Under the pieces are notes generated by a model that saw only the letters and a program-made list of their open reading frames with translations, did not search any database and was not told the origin of the DNA. A stretch of 64,000 nucleotides of DNA from an uncultured Halobacteria archaeon (GTDB taxonomy: Bacteria; Pseudomonadota; Gammaproteobacteria; UBA9214): assembly GCA_963768575.1 (NCBI GenBank), contig CAVYIJ010000007.1, positions 45,945 through 109,944 of the forward strand, in the 5' to 3' direction. The position numbers and the translations under genes were made by a program. Positions 1-9,920 of the stretch are shown here, in pieces (the stretch's first letter is position 1; each line of letters begins with the position of its first letter).

Positions 1-29
1 CCCATAACCAGCAGATCGTCTGCCTGCAC
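1..29 (-). CDS. rimM: 16S rRNA processing protein RimM, 5' end only (runs off window)
   Basis: GTG start after AGGGGA; reads VQADDLLVMG, resembling the RimM N-terminus; directly downstream of rpsP as in the conserved rpsP-rimM-trmD-rplS operon. Confidence 0.65.
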
Positions 30-70
30 GCGGCTTCCCCTGCCGGACAACACCTGCTGCCGGGCAGGCG

Positions 71-316
71 TTATTGTGCCCGCTGTTCCTTCAGCAGTTT
101 TGCAACGCGGACTGACAGCTGCGCGCCTTGCTGCGTCCAGTGGTCTGCGCGTGCGGTATCGATACGCAGGCGCTCTTCCCCACCCTTGGCAATCGGGTTG
201 AAGAAACCGATGCGTTCTATGCATCGCCCGTCGCGGCTGTTGCGACTGTCCGTCACCACGATGTGATAGAACGGCCGTTTCTTCGCGCCACCACGCGACA
301 TTCTGATCGTCACCAT
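71..316 (-). CDS. rpsP: 30S ribosomal protein S16
   Basis: [41 protein letters not shown]; start trimmed to ATG at 316. Confidence 0.98.
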   Translation of the reverse strand: MVTIRMSRGGAKKRPFYHIVVTDSRNSRDGRCIERIGFFNPIAKGGEERLRIDTARADHWTQQGAQLSVRVAKLLKEQRAQ

Positions 317-876
317 AAAACTCGTATCCTCAGGTAATGAATGGGCGCAACCGCATGTGCCGCGCATGACATCCGTTGAAAGCCGGGCAATTTTACGCGA
401 ATCGCAAGAAAAGTGAAGCCTTGCAGGCAATTAAGTGCCCTGAGCCGGGACGGGCCTCAGTGGCAGGTGACTGTCGAATAACGTTACAGCTGGGCTGACA
501 CCTCGCCAGCTCCGCAGGGAATTTTATATCTTATTGTTTTATATGTTTTATATTTGCCTGTCATGTACGGAGTGGTCAGGGTGACGGCTGTCGGCATTCC
601 TTACTCAGGGCGCCGCCTCCCCCTCCACCGTAGCACCAGCATCTTCCTAACTCGCTCTGCCATATACGTTTTTCCTGCTTGGCACAGCAATTGCTCTATT
701 ACTCCCTGAGCAGAGAAGAAGCAGAAATTTTCGGGGGAGGGGTCTCCTTAACCAAGAACAAGAGCTCATTGCACACAATGCAAGCAAAATTGCGTGGTGA
801 TATTTGCAGCCAACAAGGATAAGAAGCAGTAGCAATAACAAGAAAAAATCTCAAATATCCAATTTTACGCAGCTAT

Positions 877-904
877 AACGGTGGCTTTTGCCACCGTTTT
901 TTTT
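877..904. terminator. Intrinsic terminator-like hairpin after ffh
   Basis: aacggtggc-tttt-gccaccgtt with adjacent T/A run, 6 nt past the ffh stop. Confidence 0.7.
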
Positions 905-909
905 GCCGG

Positions 910-2262
910 CTAAAACGGCAGGCCCGCGGGACCCTTGTTTTTCATGGCGCGCAGCATCTTCCCCATGCCGCCTTTTGACATTTTCTTCATCATTTTCTGC
1001 ATCTGCAGGTGTTGTTTCAGCAGGCGATTGACATCCTGCACCTGGGTACCTGATCCGGCCGCGATGCGCCGCCGGCGCGAACCTTTAATGATTGCCGGGT
1101 GGGCGCGCTCCTTCATCGTCATGGAATTGATGATGGCTTTCATGCGATGGACCTGCCGGTCATCCGGTACGCCGTTCTTCTGCAATTGCGCGGCTCCCGG
1201 CAGTTTGTCTACCAGGCCGGCAAGACCGCCCATGTTGATCATCTGGTCGAGCTGATCACGAAAATCATCCATGTCGAAGCCTTTGCCTTTCGACAGCTTC
1301 TTCGCCAGCCGCGCAGCCGCTTCACCATCAACCTTTTGCTCGGCCTCCTCGACCAGGCTGAGCACATCCCCCATGCCGAGTATGCGCGATGCAATACGGT
1401 CAGGGTAAAACGGCTCCAGTGCAGCGGTTTTTTCGCCAACGCCGATAAACTTGATCGGCTTGCCGGTAATGGCACGTATCGACAGGGCCGCGCCGCCACG
1501 CGCATCACCGTCCGTTTTTGTCAGGATGACACCGGTCAGCGGCAGCACTTCATTGAAAGTGCGCGCCGTGTTGGCCGCATCCTGACCGGTCATGCTGTCA
1601 ACGACGAACAAGGTCTCCACCGGGTTGACTGCCGCGTGCAATCGCTGAATCTCGTTCATCATGTCATCGTCGATATGCAGGCGGCCGGCAGTATCGACGA
1701 TGACGACATCGATGTGTTGCTTGCGCGCATGCGCAATGGCATTTTTTGCGATGTCTACCGGGTCCTGGTCAGCACTGCTCGGAAAGAAGCCGGCATTGAC
1801 TTCACCTGCCAGCGTCTCCAGCTGGTCAATTGCCGCCGGCCTGTAAATGTCGCAACTCGCCAGCAATACCGATTTTTTCTCCCGCTCCATGAGCATGCGC
1901 GCAAGTTTTGCGCTACTGGTGGTCTTGCCCGAGCCCTGCAGGCCCGCCAACAGGATGACCGCCGGGGGCTGCACATTCAGGTTGAGCGCGTCGTTGGCAT
2001 CGCCCATGACATGAACGAGTTCATCATTGACGACCTTGACCAGGGCCTGCCCGGGAGTGAGGCTCTTGACAACCTCCTTGCCCGTGGCTTTTTCGCGCAC
2101 GCGTTCGATGAAGTCCTTGACCACCGGTAAAGCGGTGTCGGCCTCGAGCAATGCCATCCTCACATCGCGCAGTGCATCCTTGATATTGTCATCCGTCAGG
2201 CGGCCCTGGCCGCGCAGGTTTTTGATAGTCCTGGAAAGACGGTCACTCAAATTGTCGAACAT
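910..2262 (-). CDS. ffh: Signal recognition particle protein Ffh
   Basis: MFDNLSDRL start, GLQGSGKTT P-loop, DTAGR, TKTDGDARGG, Met-rich M domain. Confidence 0.98.
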   Translation of the reverse strand: MFDNLSDRLSRTIKNLRGQGRLTDDNIKDALRDVRMALLEADTALPVVKDFIERVREKATGKEVVKSLTPGQALVKVVNDELVHVMGDANDALNLNVQPPAVILLAGLQGSGKTTSSAKLARMLMEREKKSVLLASCDIYRPAAIDQLETLAGEVNAGFFPSSADQDPVDIAKNAIAHARKQHIDVVIVDTAGRLHIDDDMMNEIQRLHAAVNPVETLFVVDSMTGQDAANTARTFNEVLPLTGVILTKTDGDARGGAALSIRAITGKPIKFIGVGEKTAALEPFYPDRIASRILGMGDVLSLVEEAEQKVDGEAAARLAKKLSKGKGFDMDDFRDQLDQMINMGGLAGLVDKLPGAAQLQKNGVPDDRQVHRMKAIINSMTMKERAHPAIIKGSRRRRIAAGSGTQVQDVNRLLKQHLQMQKMMKKMSKGGMGKMLRAMKNKGPAGLPF

Positions 2263-2386
2263 TTTCTTTATGTATCCCCGATTATGAGCAAATTCACCAA
2301 ATGGCAAGTATAACGGTATTCAGACGGATACCGGCATACTCGCCGGGACACTTCTCTGTACGCCACAGTTATGCGATGATTCCGCC

Positions 2387-3196
2387 ATGAATTCAGTGAC
2401 GCTGGGCCTGCTTTCGATTGCTCTCTATTTGCTGGCCAGCGGCCTGCTGCTCATGCGGCTGGCGCAGGGCGCCACGGCAGCCGGTGGTCGACAACTTGAC
2501 CACCCGGTACTGATCGCACAGGCCGCGGTCCTGGCGCACGCGATACTCCTGTACCCGGCAATCATCACACCGGTCGGCCTGAACCTTGGAATAGTTCATG
2601 CCGCATCGCTCGTCGCATTGACCAGTGCAATACTGCTGACGATCTCTGCTTTTTTTCAGCCGGTGGGCAATCTCGGCATAGCGGTTTTCCCGGCGGCCGC
2701 CGTGACTATCGGGTTGTTGTTAAGTCATCCGAGCAGGCATCTTCTCGCCGGTTCATCCTGGCAGCTGGACACGCACATTCTTGCCTCGCTGCTGGCCTAC
2801 AGCATTCTCGGACTGGCCGTGTTGCAGGCAATTTTACTGTCTATTCAGGACCACCAGTTGCGCAACCGCAAACCCGGCGGTTTTATCCGTGCACTGCCTC
2901 CGCTGGCAGTCATGGAATCGCTGTTATACCAGATGATCGCTACCGGTTTTGCGTTGCTGACACTCGCACTGGTCACCGGGTTCCTGTTTCTTGAGGATAT
3001 TTTTGCGCAACATCTCGTTCATAAAACCACCCTTTCGATTATCGCCTGGATCGTATTCGGCATACTGCTGTGGGGACGCTGGCGATTTGGCTGGCGCGGC
3101 CGTACCGCGCTGCGCTGGACTATTGGCGGTTTCGTCTTCCTGATGCTCGCCTATTTCGGCAGCAAATTCGTGCTGGAACTGCTGCTGCAAAAGTAA
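2387..3196 (+). CDS. ypjD: Cytochrome c assembly family inner membrane protein (YpjD/CcsA-like)
   Basis: Multiple TM helices, HLVHKTTLSIIAW and RWRFGWRG motifs; conserved position divergent from ffh. Confidence 0.85.
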   Translation: MNSVTLGLLSIALYLLASGLLLMRLAQGATAAGGRQLDHPVLIAQAAVLAHAILLYPAIITPVGLNLGIVHAASLVALTSAILLTISAFFQPVGNLGIAVFPAAAVTIGLLLSHPSRHLLAGSSWQLDTHILASLLAYSILGLAVLQAILLSIQDHQLRNRKPGGFIRALPPLAVMESLLYQMIATGFALLTLALVTGFLFLEDIFAQHLVHKTTLSIIAWIVFGILLWGRWRFGWRGRTALRWTIGGFVFLMLAYFGSKFVLELLLQK

Positions 3197-3269
3197 AGGG
3201 TCCGCCCTGACATCGGCGCCTGATTTGCGTACACTAGCAGCTGGTTAACACACAAGAGGCTGTCCCCGT

Positions 3270-4568
3270 TTGGACGACATCCCGATAAGCGTGCTGCTGT
3301 CAGCACTGTTTCTCCTGATCCTGCTTTCCGCATTCTTTTCCGGCTCAGAGACCGGTCTGATGACAATCAATCGTTATCGATTGAGAAACATGGCCGACAA
3401 CAAGCACCCCGGCGCAATGCGCACCCAGCGATTGCTGCAGCGTCAGGACCGCCTGATCGGCCTGATACTGCTCGGCAACAACGTGGTCAATGTATTTGCC
3501 TCGATCCTGATGACCCTGATTGCTCTGCGAATCAACAGCGATGCCGGTTTTATATTTGCTGCCGGCATCGTGCTGACAATCGTTATCCTCCTGTTTGCCG
3601 AAGTCACGCCAAAAACCCTGGCCGCGATGCACCCGGAACGTTTTGCGTTTCCGGCTGCCTACGTCTACGTACCATTGCTGCGCCTGCTCTACCCGGTCGT
3701 ATGGGTCGTCAACGCATTTGCCAATGGCCTGTTGAAGTTGCTGAGGGTCTCTCCGGAAGGCAGGAGTACGCATGCACTGACACAGGAGGAACTGCGTACG
3801 GTTGTAATCGAAGCCGGTGCGCTGATTCCGGAACGTCACCAATCCATGCTGCTCAACCTCATCGATCTGGAAAAGGTGACGGTGGAGGACATTATGGTGC
3901 CGCGTAACGAGGTGGCCGGTATCGATATCGACGATGACTGGGACACCGTCACCCGCGCACTTACGGACAGCCAGTACACGCGCATGCCACTGTATCGCGA
4001 AAGCATCGACAATGTTATCGGGGTACTGCACATGCGCGATGTACTGCCGCACCTGTACCACGGGGAACTGGACCATAAATCCCTGCAGGGCATTGCGCGA
4101 GAGGCCTACTTCATACCGGAGAATACTTCACTGAACCGGCAGTTGCTTAATTTCCAGCGGGAGCGCCGGCGCATTGGTTTTGTCGTCGACGAGTACGGGG
4201 AGATCCAGGGGCTGGTAACGCTGGAGGACCTTCTCGAGGAGATCGTAGGGGAATTCACCTCGGCGCCATGGGCACTGTTCGAGGATATCCAGCAGCAGGA
4301 GGACGGCACCTGGCTGGTCGACGGTTCCGTGAATATCCGCAACCTGAATAACGCGCTGGGCATGTCACTGTCGATCGATGGCCCCAAGACACTGAACGGT
4401 TATATAACCGAGGTGCTGGAAATGATTCCTGTCGTCGATACCAGCCTGTTGCTCGACAATCACCCGGTGGATATTCTGCTGATCAAGGAAAACATGGTGA
4501 AGACCGTGCGCATACACCCCGCCCTGCAGGACCGGGCAGCAGCAGACGAACCGGGCGCCCGGCAATGA
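3270..4568 (+). CDS. HlyC/CorC (CNNM/DUF21-CBS-CorC) family transporter
   Basis: SAFFSGSETG, LLGNN, FAEVTPK, CBS pair (VVDEYGEIQGLVTLEDLLEEIVG), CorC C-terminal domain. Confidence 0.92.
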   Translation: MDDIPISVLLSALFLLILLSAFFSGSETGLMTINRYRLRNMADNKHPGAMRTQRLLQRQDRLIGLILLGNNVVNVFASILMTLIALRINSDAGFIFAAGIVLTIVILLFAEVTPKTLAAMHPERFAFPAAYVYVPLLRLLYPVVWVVNAFANGLLKLLRVSPEGRSTHALTQEELRTVVIEAGALIPERHQSMLLNLIDLEKVTVEDIMVPRNEVAGIDIDDDWDTVTRALTDSQYTRMPLYRESIDNVIGVLHMRDVLPHLYHGELDHKSLQGIAREAYFIPENTSLNRQLLNFQRERRRIGFVVDEYGEIQGLVTLEDLLEEIVGEFTSAPWALFEDIQQQEDGTWLVDGSVNIRNLNNALGMSLSIDGPKTLNGYITEVLEMIPVVDTSLLLDNHPVDILLIKENMVKTVRIHPALQDRAAADEPGARQ

Positions 4569-4828
4569 AACTGCTTTTCAATCTTGAAGTCGTAGAAGAC
4601 AATCGAATCAGGGCCCGGCCCAGCGAATACCTGCAATCGTTGCCCGCCGACCAGCAACTTGCAGCGGTCAGAGAATTTCTCGAGTGGGCAGAGACAGAGG
4701 CACGCGACAACCCGGACCCGCGGGCACGTGCGGAGGCCGGGATCGGTGCTGCAACCGCGCAGGAATTCCTTGAAAAACTGCAGCCACGCATTTATACGGG
4801 TTCGGACAAGGGGCAACAACGTGAGTGA
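4565..4828 (+). CDS. Hypothetical protein (87 aa)
   Basis: ATGA overlap with upstream stop and overlap with msrB start suggest translational coupling; no family recognised. Confidence 0.6.
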   Translation: MKLLFNLEVVEDNRIRARPSEYLQSLPADQQLAAVREFLEWAETEARDNPDPRARAEAGIGAATAQEFLEKLQPRIYTGSDKGQQRE

Positions 4829-5219
4829 CGGCAAAGACAAAACCGATGAAGAGTGGCGTGCAAAACTGACGCCGGAACAATTCGAGGTCACCCGCCACAA
4901 GGGTACCGAGCGACCGTTCACCGGCGAGTACCTGGACTGCAAGGATGACGGCACCTACACCTGCATCTGCTGTGGCGCAGAATTGTTCAGTTCACGCGAC
5001 AAGTTCGATTCCGGCAGCGGCTGGCCGAGTTTCGTGCGTGCGGGCAACAGTGAAAACATCAAAACGGAAACGGATACCAGTCATGGCATGACCCGCGTCG
5101 AGGTCACGTGCGCGCAGTGTGGTGCACACCTCGGACATGTATTCGAGGACGGGCCCGCACCGACCGGCCAGCGCTATTGCATCAATTCGCTGTCACTGGA
5201 TTTCGATAAGAAGCGGTAA
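4821..5219 (+). CDS. msrB: Peptide-methionine (R)-S-oxide reductase MsrB
   Basis: [13 protein letters not shown] Zn motif, [25 protein letters not shown]; GTG start at 4821. Confidence 0.96.
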   Translation: MSDGKDKTDEEWRAKLTPEQFEVTRHKGTERPFTGEYLDCKDDGTYTCICCGAELFSSRDKFDSGSGWPSFVRAGNSENIKTETDTSHGMTRVEVTCAQCGAHLGHVFEDGPAPTGQRYCINSLSLDFDKKR

Positions 5220-5617
5220 GGACAGCCATACCCGTCCAACGTGTTCCGCGCCCGGCCCGCGTGCAGGATTTTGCAGCGCCGTTGACCGGTTCTTTCACTC
5301 GAACTCCTTCAAATGACCATGTAACGACGGTCTGTCAATTTATTTAACACACATTTTAAAGCGGCTATAAGCTCATATCCCTCTGTTTTAAATAGATAAT
5401 ATCTGGCAAACGGCTAATTCGCACACTGATTGTCGGCACTCCCCGGGATTGTAATGACTGTATTTTTTACAGCCGCCCCGCTCCTTCTTTGACGCGTACG
5501 CCAGAAAAACAGCTAACTCACTCAATTGTAAACTTTATTTCCGTTGAGCATGGATATTGCATAAATTCACGATCAGGAGTCATACCCAGGGAAAAACAAC
5601 AGCTGGTGGCAATAACA

Positions 5618-6601
5618 ATGGATGATATGACAGCCGAAGCGGCTCGGGAAATACCAACCAGAGTAAACGGACACACCCTCATCGCCGCCAGCACATGCAT
5701 GCAGGGTGTGCTGCGCACCATCAACAAAATATCGAACAACGATGCCCCGGCAATCATTACCGGCGAAAGCGGCACCGGCAAGGAACTGGCCGCGCGCGCC
5801 ATACATGAACAATCCGCGCGCAGGGATGGCGCCTTCATTGCAGTCAATTGCGGGTCCCTGCCCGCCGGCCTGATCCAGTCTGAATTGTTCGGCCACATGA
5901 AGGGCGCGTTTACCGGCGCACACAGTGACCGGATCGGCAGGATCGAAGCGGCGGACAAGGGAACGATCTTTCTTGATGAAATCGGTGATCTGCCCGTCGA
6001 TCTGCAAGTCAACCTGCTGCGTTTCCTGCAGGAAGGCGTCATCGAGCGTGTCGGCAGCGCGGATTCGATACCGGTTGATGTGCGCGTACTGGCAGCCACA
6101 AACATCGACCTGGAGGATGCCATAAAGCAGGGACGGTTTCGGGAAGATCTTTACTACCGCCTGAATGTATTGCCGGTCGAGTTGCCGCCCTTGCGTGAGC
6201 GAGACAAGGATATCGAACAACTCGCCATGCATTTCTTTGCGGAATTCACCCGCAACAAAAAGACCAGGGCGCGTGGGTTCAGCACTTCAGCGCTTTCGGC
6301 AATGAATGCCTATCACTGGCCCGGCAACGTCCGTGAACTGATCAACCGCGTTCGCCGGGGCATTGTGATGTGCGACGGTCCGCAGATTACACAGGAAGAC
6401 CTTGAACTGAACGGCAACATCCACGAGCATCCCGCGAAGACCCTGGCCGAGGCGCGCCGCGAATCGGAGCGCAGCGCGATTAAGGAAGCGCTGATGTGCT
6501 GCCGCAACAACGTCTCCGAGGCAGCACGCCGGTTGAGAGTCTCGAGGGTTACCCTGTACCGCCTGATTGACAAACACGGCCTGAAAAGAAGCCTGGTATA
6601 A
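5618..6601 (+). CDS. Sigma54-dependent enhancer-binding protein (AAA+ and Fis HTH) with no N-terminal sensor domain
   Basis: GESGTGKE, ELFGHMKGAFTGA, FLDEIGDL, FREDLYYRL, WPGNVREL, C-terminal HTH; start could be 5489 (TTG) or 5618 (ATG). Confidence 0.93.
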   Translation: MDDMTAEAAREIPTRVNGHTLIAASTCMQGVLRTINKISNNDAPAIITGESGTGKELAARAIHEQSARRDGAFIAVNCGSLPAGLIQSELFGHMKGAFTGAHSDRIGRIEAADKGTIFLDEIGDLPVDLQVNLLRFLQEGVIERVGSADSIPVDVRVLAATNIDLEDAIKQGRFREDLYYRLNVLPVELPPLRERDKDIEQLAMHFFAEFTRNKKTRARGFSTSALSAMNAYHWPGNVRELINRVRRGIVMCDGPQITQEDLELNGNIHEHPAKTLAEARRESERSAIKEALMCCRNNVSEAARRLRVSRVTLYRLIDKHGLKRSLV

Positions 6602-6732
6602 ACCTCCTTACAGACCGAAGAATCGTTGGCCGATCAGTCATTTTATGCTAGTTTCCCGGGTCTGGCGTTAGCTGCACGACCACTGAATATATACCGCTGC
6701 TTGTATGGCGGCTTGGTGTTAATTGACAAAAG

Positions 6733-7985
6733 GTGAAAACGATGTCGAATCGAGTGATCAATAATTCTGTCCTGTTTGGCCTGTTACTGTGTTCCGGCCA
6801 GGTGCTCAGCGCCGACGGGGGCGTGGATACAAGACTGGATGCGCTTGAGAAAGTCATTACAGAACAGGCAGATACATTAGAGCAGCAGCGCCGGGAGATC
6901 CGCCGGCTGCGCCAGTCCATCGACGGGACGTCTGCTACCAACAGGCAGGCGAGCGGCGAGGAGCTGCCCGTGTCGGGACTTGAAGGGATGCGCGCGGGAG
7001 CGGCCCCCACACCGGTCGGCCAGGCGCCTGAAGAGAAACGCAAGGCCCCTTCCAGCCTGCTGTCATTGCCCGAGGATGTGGGCGGCGTGTTGACCGCGCA
7101 GGGCAAGCTGGTGGTGGAACCGAGCACCTCGTTCTCCACTTCCCAGCTCAACCGCTTCACCTTTCGCGGTATCGAGATCATCGATACCGTCCTGATCGGC
7201 ATCGTGGATGCAGAGGATGTCGACCGTGATATGTACACCGCGACGTTGACCGGCCGCTACGGCCTGACCAACCGCATCGAGCTGGAAGCGAAGCTGCCGT
7301 ACATCTGGCGTGACGACCGGCTGACCGCAACCATCCCGAATGTCGCAGGCACGGACGTCGATGTATACACGAGACCAGGAAGGCAACGGCATCGGCGACA
7401 TCGAACTGGCCGCCCATTACCAGATCAACCAGGGCGCCAATGGCTGGCCCTTCCTGATCGGCAACCTGCGTTACAAGTCGACCACGGGTGAAGGTCCGTT
7501 CGATGTCACGCGCGATGCAGGCGGCATTGAGACGGAACTGGCAACCGGCTCCGGCTTTCACTCCGTCGAAGGCCAGCCTCACCGTGCTGTATCCGACCGC
7601 ACCGGCGGTACTGTTTGGCAACGTCGGTTATCTCTTCACCAAACAGGACAGTATCAACAAGATGATCGGCACCAATTACGTGGGGAATGTCGACCCAGGC
7701 GATGCCGTGCGTACGAGCTTCGGTATGGCGTATTCCGTGAACGAGCGCCTGTCCTTTACCCTCGGTTACAAGCATGATTTTATCTTTCAAACCGATACAG
7801 TTATTGGTAGCAGTCCGGCCAGTGCCGTGACAGTGCATCAGGCCGACCTCGACGTGGGCTCCTTTCTGTTCGGCTATGGTTTCCAGTTGACCCCGAAGCT
7901 GGGCATCAATCTAAACGTGGAAATAGGCGCTACGGACGATGCGCCCGATGCAGCGGTGACGGTGCGTCTCCCCTACAGCATCTAG
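6733..7985 (+). CDS. fapF: FapF-like outer-membrane beta-barrel exporter, interrupted by two apparent +1 frameshifts (~7365, ~7571)
   Basis: Signal peptide, coiled coil LDALEKVITEQADTLEQQRREIRRL, TLTGRYGLTNR, GIGD, ELATGSG, PAVLFGN, C-terminal IGATDDAPD..TVRLPYSI, matching FapF motifs; spread over ORFs 6733-7491, 7340-7777 and 7488-7985. Confidence 0.8.
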
Positions 7986-8014
7986 GCGGTTATCCCGCAC
8001 AGTTAAAACATGGC

Positions 8015-8046
8015 TACGGGAGCGGGCTTTATAGCCCGCTCCTGTA
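8015..8046. terminator. REP-like hairpin, probable terminator downstream of fapF in the gap facing the fapE-like gene
   Basis: tacgggagcgggct-ttat-agcccgctcctgta, 14-bp stem with one G-U pair. Confidence 0.65.
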
Positions 8047-8427
8047 ACACGCCCTGGTGCTGGAATATGTTGTTCAGCTCTGCCTGGAATTCGAATTAAA
8101 CGGCTGGTAGTCGCCGTCAATTTACCCGCAGTGGGGCTTTCGCGGCGCCCCCTGAACGAACCAGGCAGATACTTCGCTGCAGAAACGCCTGCCGCTGCAT
8201 CAACGATCACTCACTATATTGACAGTAAATCAATAGCACCGCTGCGGTTGGCGTGAACGAGCCCCTATATCGCCCGATGCATCTTCCTGGTGGGCCAGCA
8301 GTCACTCGGGCCGTTCTTCCCGGTTCAGTTGCGCATGCAACCACTAGACGTTACGAAAGGTAAACTGTGCATTCTTGCTGCACATCATTACGCGGGATCG
8401 AGGAATGCCTGCGAGAGCAGACCGGTA

Positions 8428-9111
8428 TTAGCGTGGTGTTGACGCAGCGCGGACTGAGCGACCCAGCGTCCCGGCGAACACCGAGTTGCGAGCAGCTTCG
8501 ACATACTCGGTGAAATTCCTTATGGTGATATCCACTTCGAGTTGATTGCTGAGATTCTGGTCGTTGCTGTTTGTGACCAGGGCGCTGACAATACTGTTCT
8601 GCGTCAGCTTTTCAAGCACCGCCGTAAAACCGTCCGAATTACCGATGATAATGCCACCTGTGGCATCCGCCAATCCGGCAAGGTCAACGCCAGGCAGCAG
8701 GTTACCGAGGGTTGTACCCGCCGTACCGCCAACCAGGTGAACCGGGGCGGCAATACCGGGATCGGTGGTAAGTACATTGCTGGTCTGGTCAAATCCACCG
8801 GACGTGTTCAGGGAGTAGACCGCTTCACGGATATAACCGTTTCCGGTAGTGCGCAGGTTCACGCCAAAGCTGACGTCCAGCCCTGCGACCCTGAGGCCAC
8901 CACGCATGTTTTCCATTTCGCCCTCTTCGAGTGCGCCGAACTGCTCCATCGCCGCGCCCGGATCGGCAAACCGGTCACCGTCCAGCCGGGTGGCGGACGC
9001 CGGCAGTGCGCTGCTGCTCGTCACAACCGGGAACAGCGCCGCAAGTAGCAGTAATCCCGTTAAACAAGCCCGGCTTTTGCACACGGTTGATGTGTATCGG
9101 TCGCGCGGCAT
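8428..9111 (-). CDS. FapE-like secreted accessory protein
   Basis: Signal-like N-terminus, LEEGEMENMRGG motif, Asn/Gln-rich C-terminal strand motif (ALVTNSNDQNLSNQLEVDITIRN); last gene after C39 peptidase. Confidence 0.6.
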   Translation of the reverse strand: MPRDRYTSTVCKSRACLTGLLLLAALFPVVTSSSALPASATRLDGDRFADPGAAMEQFGALEEGEMENMRGGLRVAGLDVSFGVNLRTTGNGYIREAVYSLNTSGGFDQTSNVLTTDPGIAAPVHLVGGTAGTTLGNLLPGVDLAGLADATGGIIIGNSDGFTAVLEKLTQNSIVSALVTNSNDQNLSNQLEVDITIRNFTEYVEAARNSVFAGTLGRSVRAASTPR

Positions 9112-9112
9112 A

Positions 9113-9898
9113 TTAACGACCCTGCTCGTTTCTGCCCGGCAGTGACAGGGTGAAGGAGCTAATACTTGATCGATCGACGCCCTCGGCGAGGGGGGAATCA
9201 GGCCAGCTGCGCCAGTCTTCTATCGCATTGAAATTCGCGCGCGCGACCTCGATATTGTTTTTTGCCGCCAGGATAGCGCCGTTCCACATGCCTTCGAAGA
9301 CTTCCCGGCTGACAACCGCCGTTCCGGCCGCCGGGTCGCCGACAAGTACGCGCTCACCCTCGATACCCTTGATGACGACGAAATGCTTGTAGCCCTTGGT
9401 ATTGATAACGGTGATGCCGGGAACCCCGATTTTCATGAACTGGTCCAGGGTCATTCGAAAACCGCCGGCATTCAGGCCGCGGCTGTCGAGGTAATGCTTC
9501 ATGTCGAGCATGGAAAAACCCTGGCTCTTTATCTTTTTCTTGTTACCCACCTTGAACATCGCCTCGAACACCTTTGCTTCGGGTGTCGGCATGTCGTAGT
9601 GGTAAGTCAGCAGGGTGGCCAGTGCCGCGGAACCACAGCTGTAGTCGTACTGTTGTTGTATGACCGTGTCCCAGCGTGCTTCCTTCTTGCTTTCCACCTT
9701 GAGCTTGAAATCACCCCCGCCAAAGCCGGGAATGGCCAGCGCGCCGGCATGCGCAGGAAAACAGCCCAGCTGGATGACTGCGAATATTGCCGGCAACAGA
9801 AATAACGAAGGCCTGGCAAGTGCCAGGCCGAATAGTCCAGTAATGGCAGACTTATTGCTGCCCTGTTTTTGTGTGAAAATGTTTTGCACAGCAAACAT
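9113..9898 (-). CDS. fapD: Stand-alone C39 family peptidase (FapD-like)
   Basis: QQYDYSCGSAALATLL (Cys), YKHFVV (His), VGDPAAG (Asp); hydrophobic signal; no fused ABC transporter. Confidence 0.88.
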   Translation of the reverse strand: MFAVQNIFTQKQGSNKSAITGLFGLALARPSLFLLPAIFAVIQLGCFPAHAGALAIPGFGGGDFKLKVESKKEARWDTVIQQQYDYSCGSAALATLLTYHYDMPTPEAKVFEAMFKVGNKKKIKSQGFSMLDMKHYLDSRGLNAGGFRMTLDQFMKIGVPGITVINTKGYKHFVVIKGIEGERVLVGDPAAGTAVVSREVFEGMWNGAILAAKNNIEVARANFNAIEDWRSWPDSPLAEGVDRSSISSFTLSLPGRNEQGR

Positions 9899-9920
9899 AC
9901 ACTAATTGTGATAACCAGTC

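Noticed and set aside
647-841. 64-aa Leu-rich ORF that looks like a signal peptide or small membrane protein
   Set aside because: TTG start, no RBS, no family motif; likely a by-product of an AT-rich stretch.
1099-2130. 343-aa + strand ORF and similar long shadow ORFs (e.g. 15128-16771, 28829-29779, 34288-35349, 45058-45912)
   Set aside because: Antisense to well-supported genes; expected in high-GC DNA; no independent motifs.
7340-7600. Programmed ribosomal frameshifting in fapF (or mutL, nnr, queG)
   Set aside because: No slippery heptamer or stimulatory structure at the junctions, and these genes are not known to be recoded.
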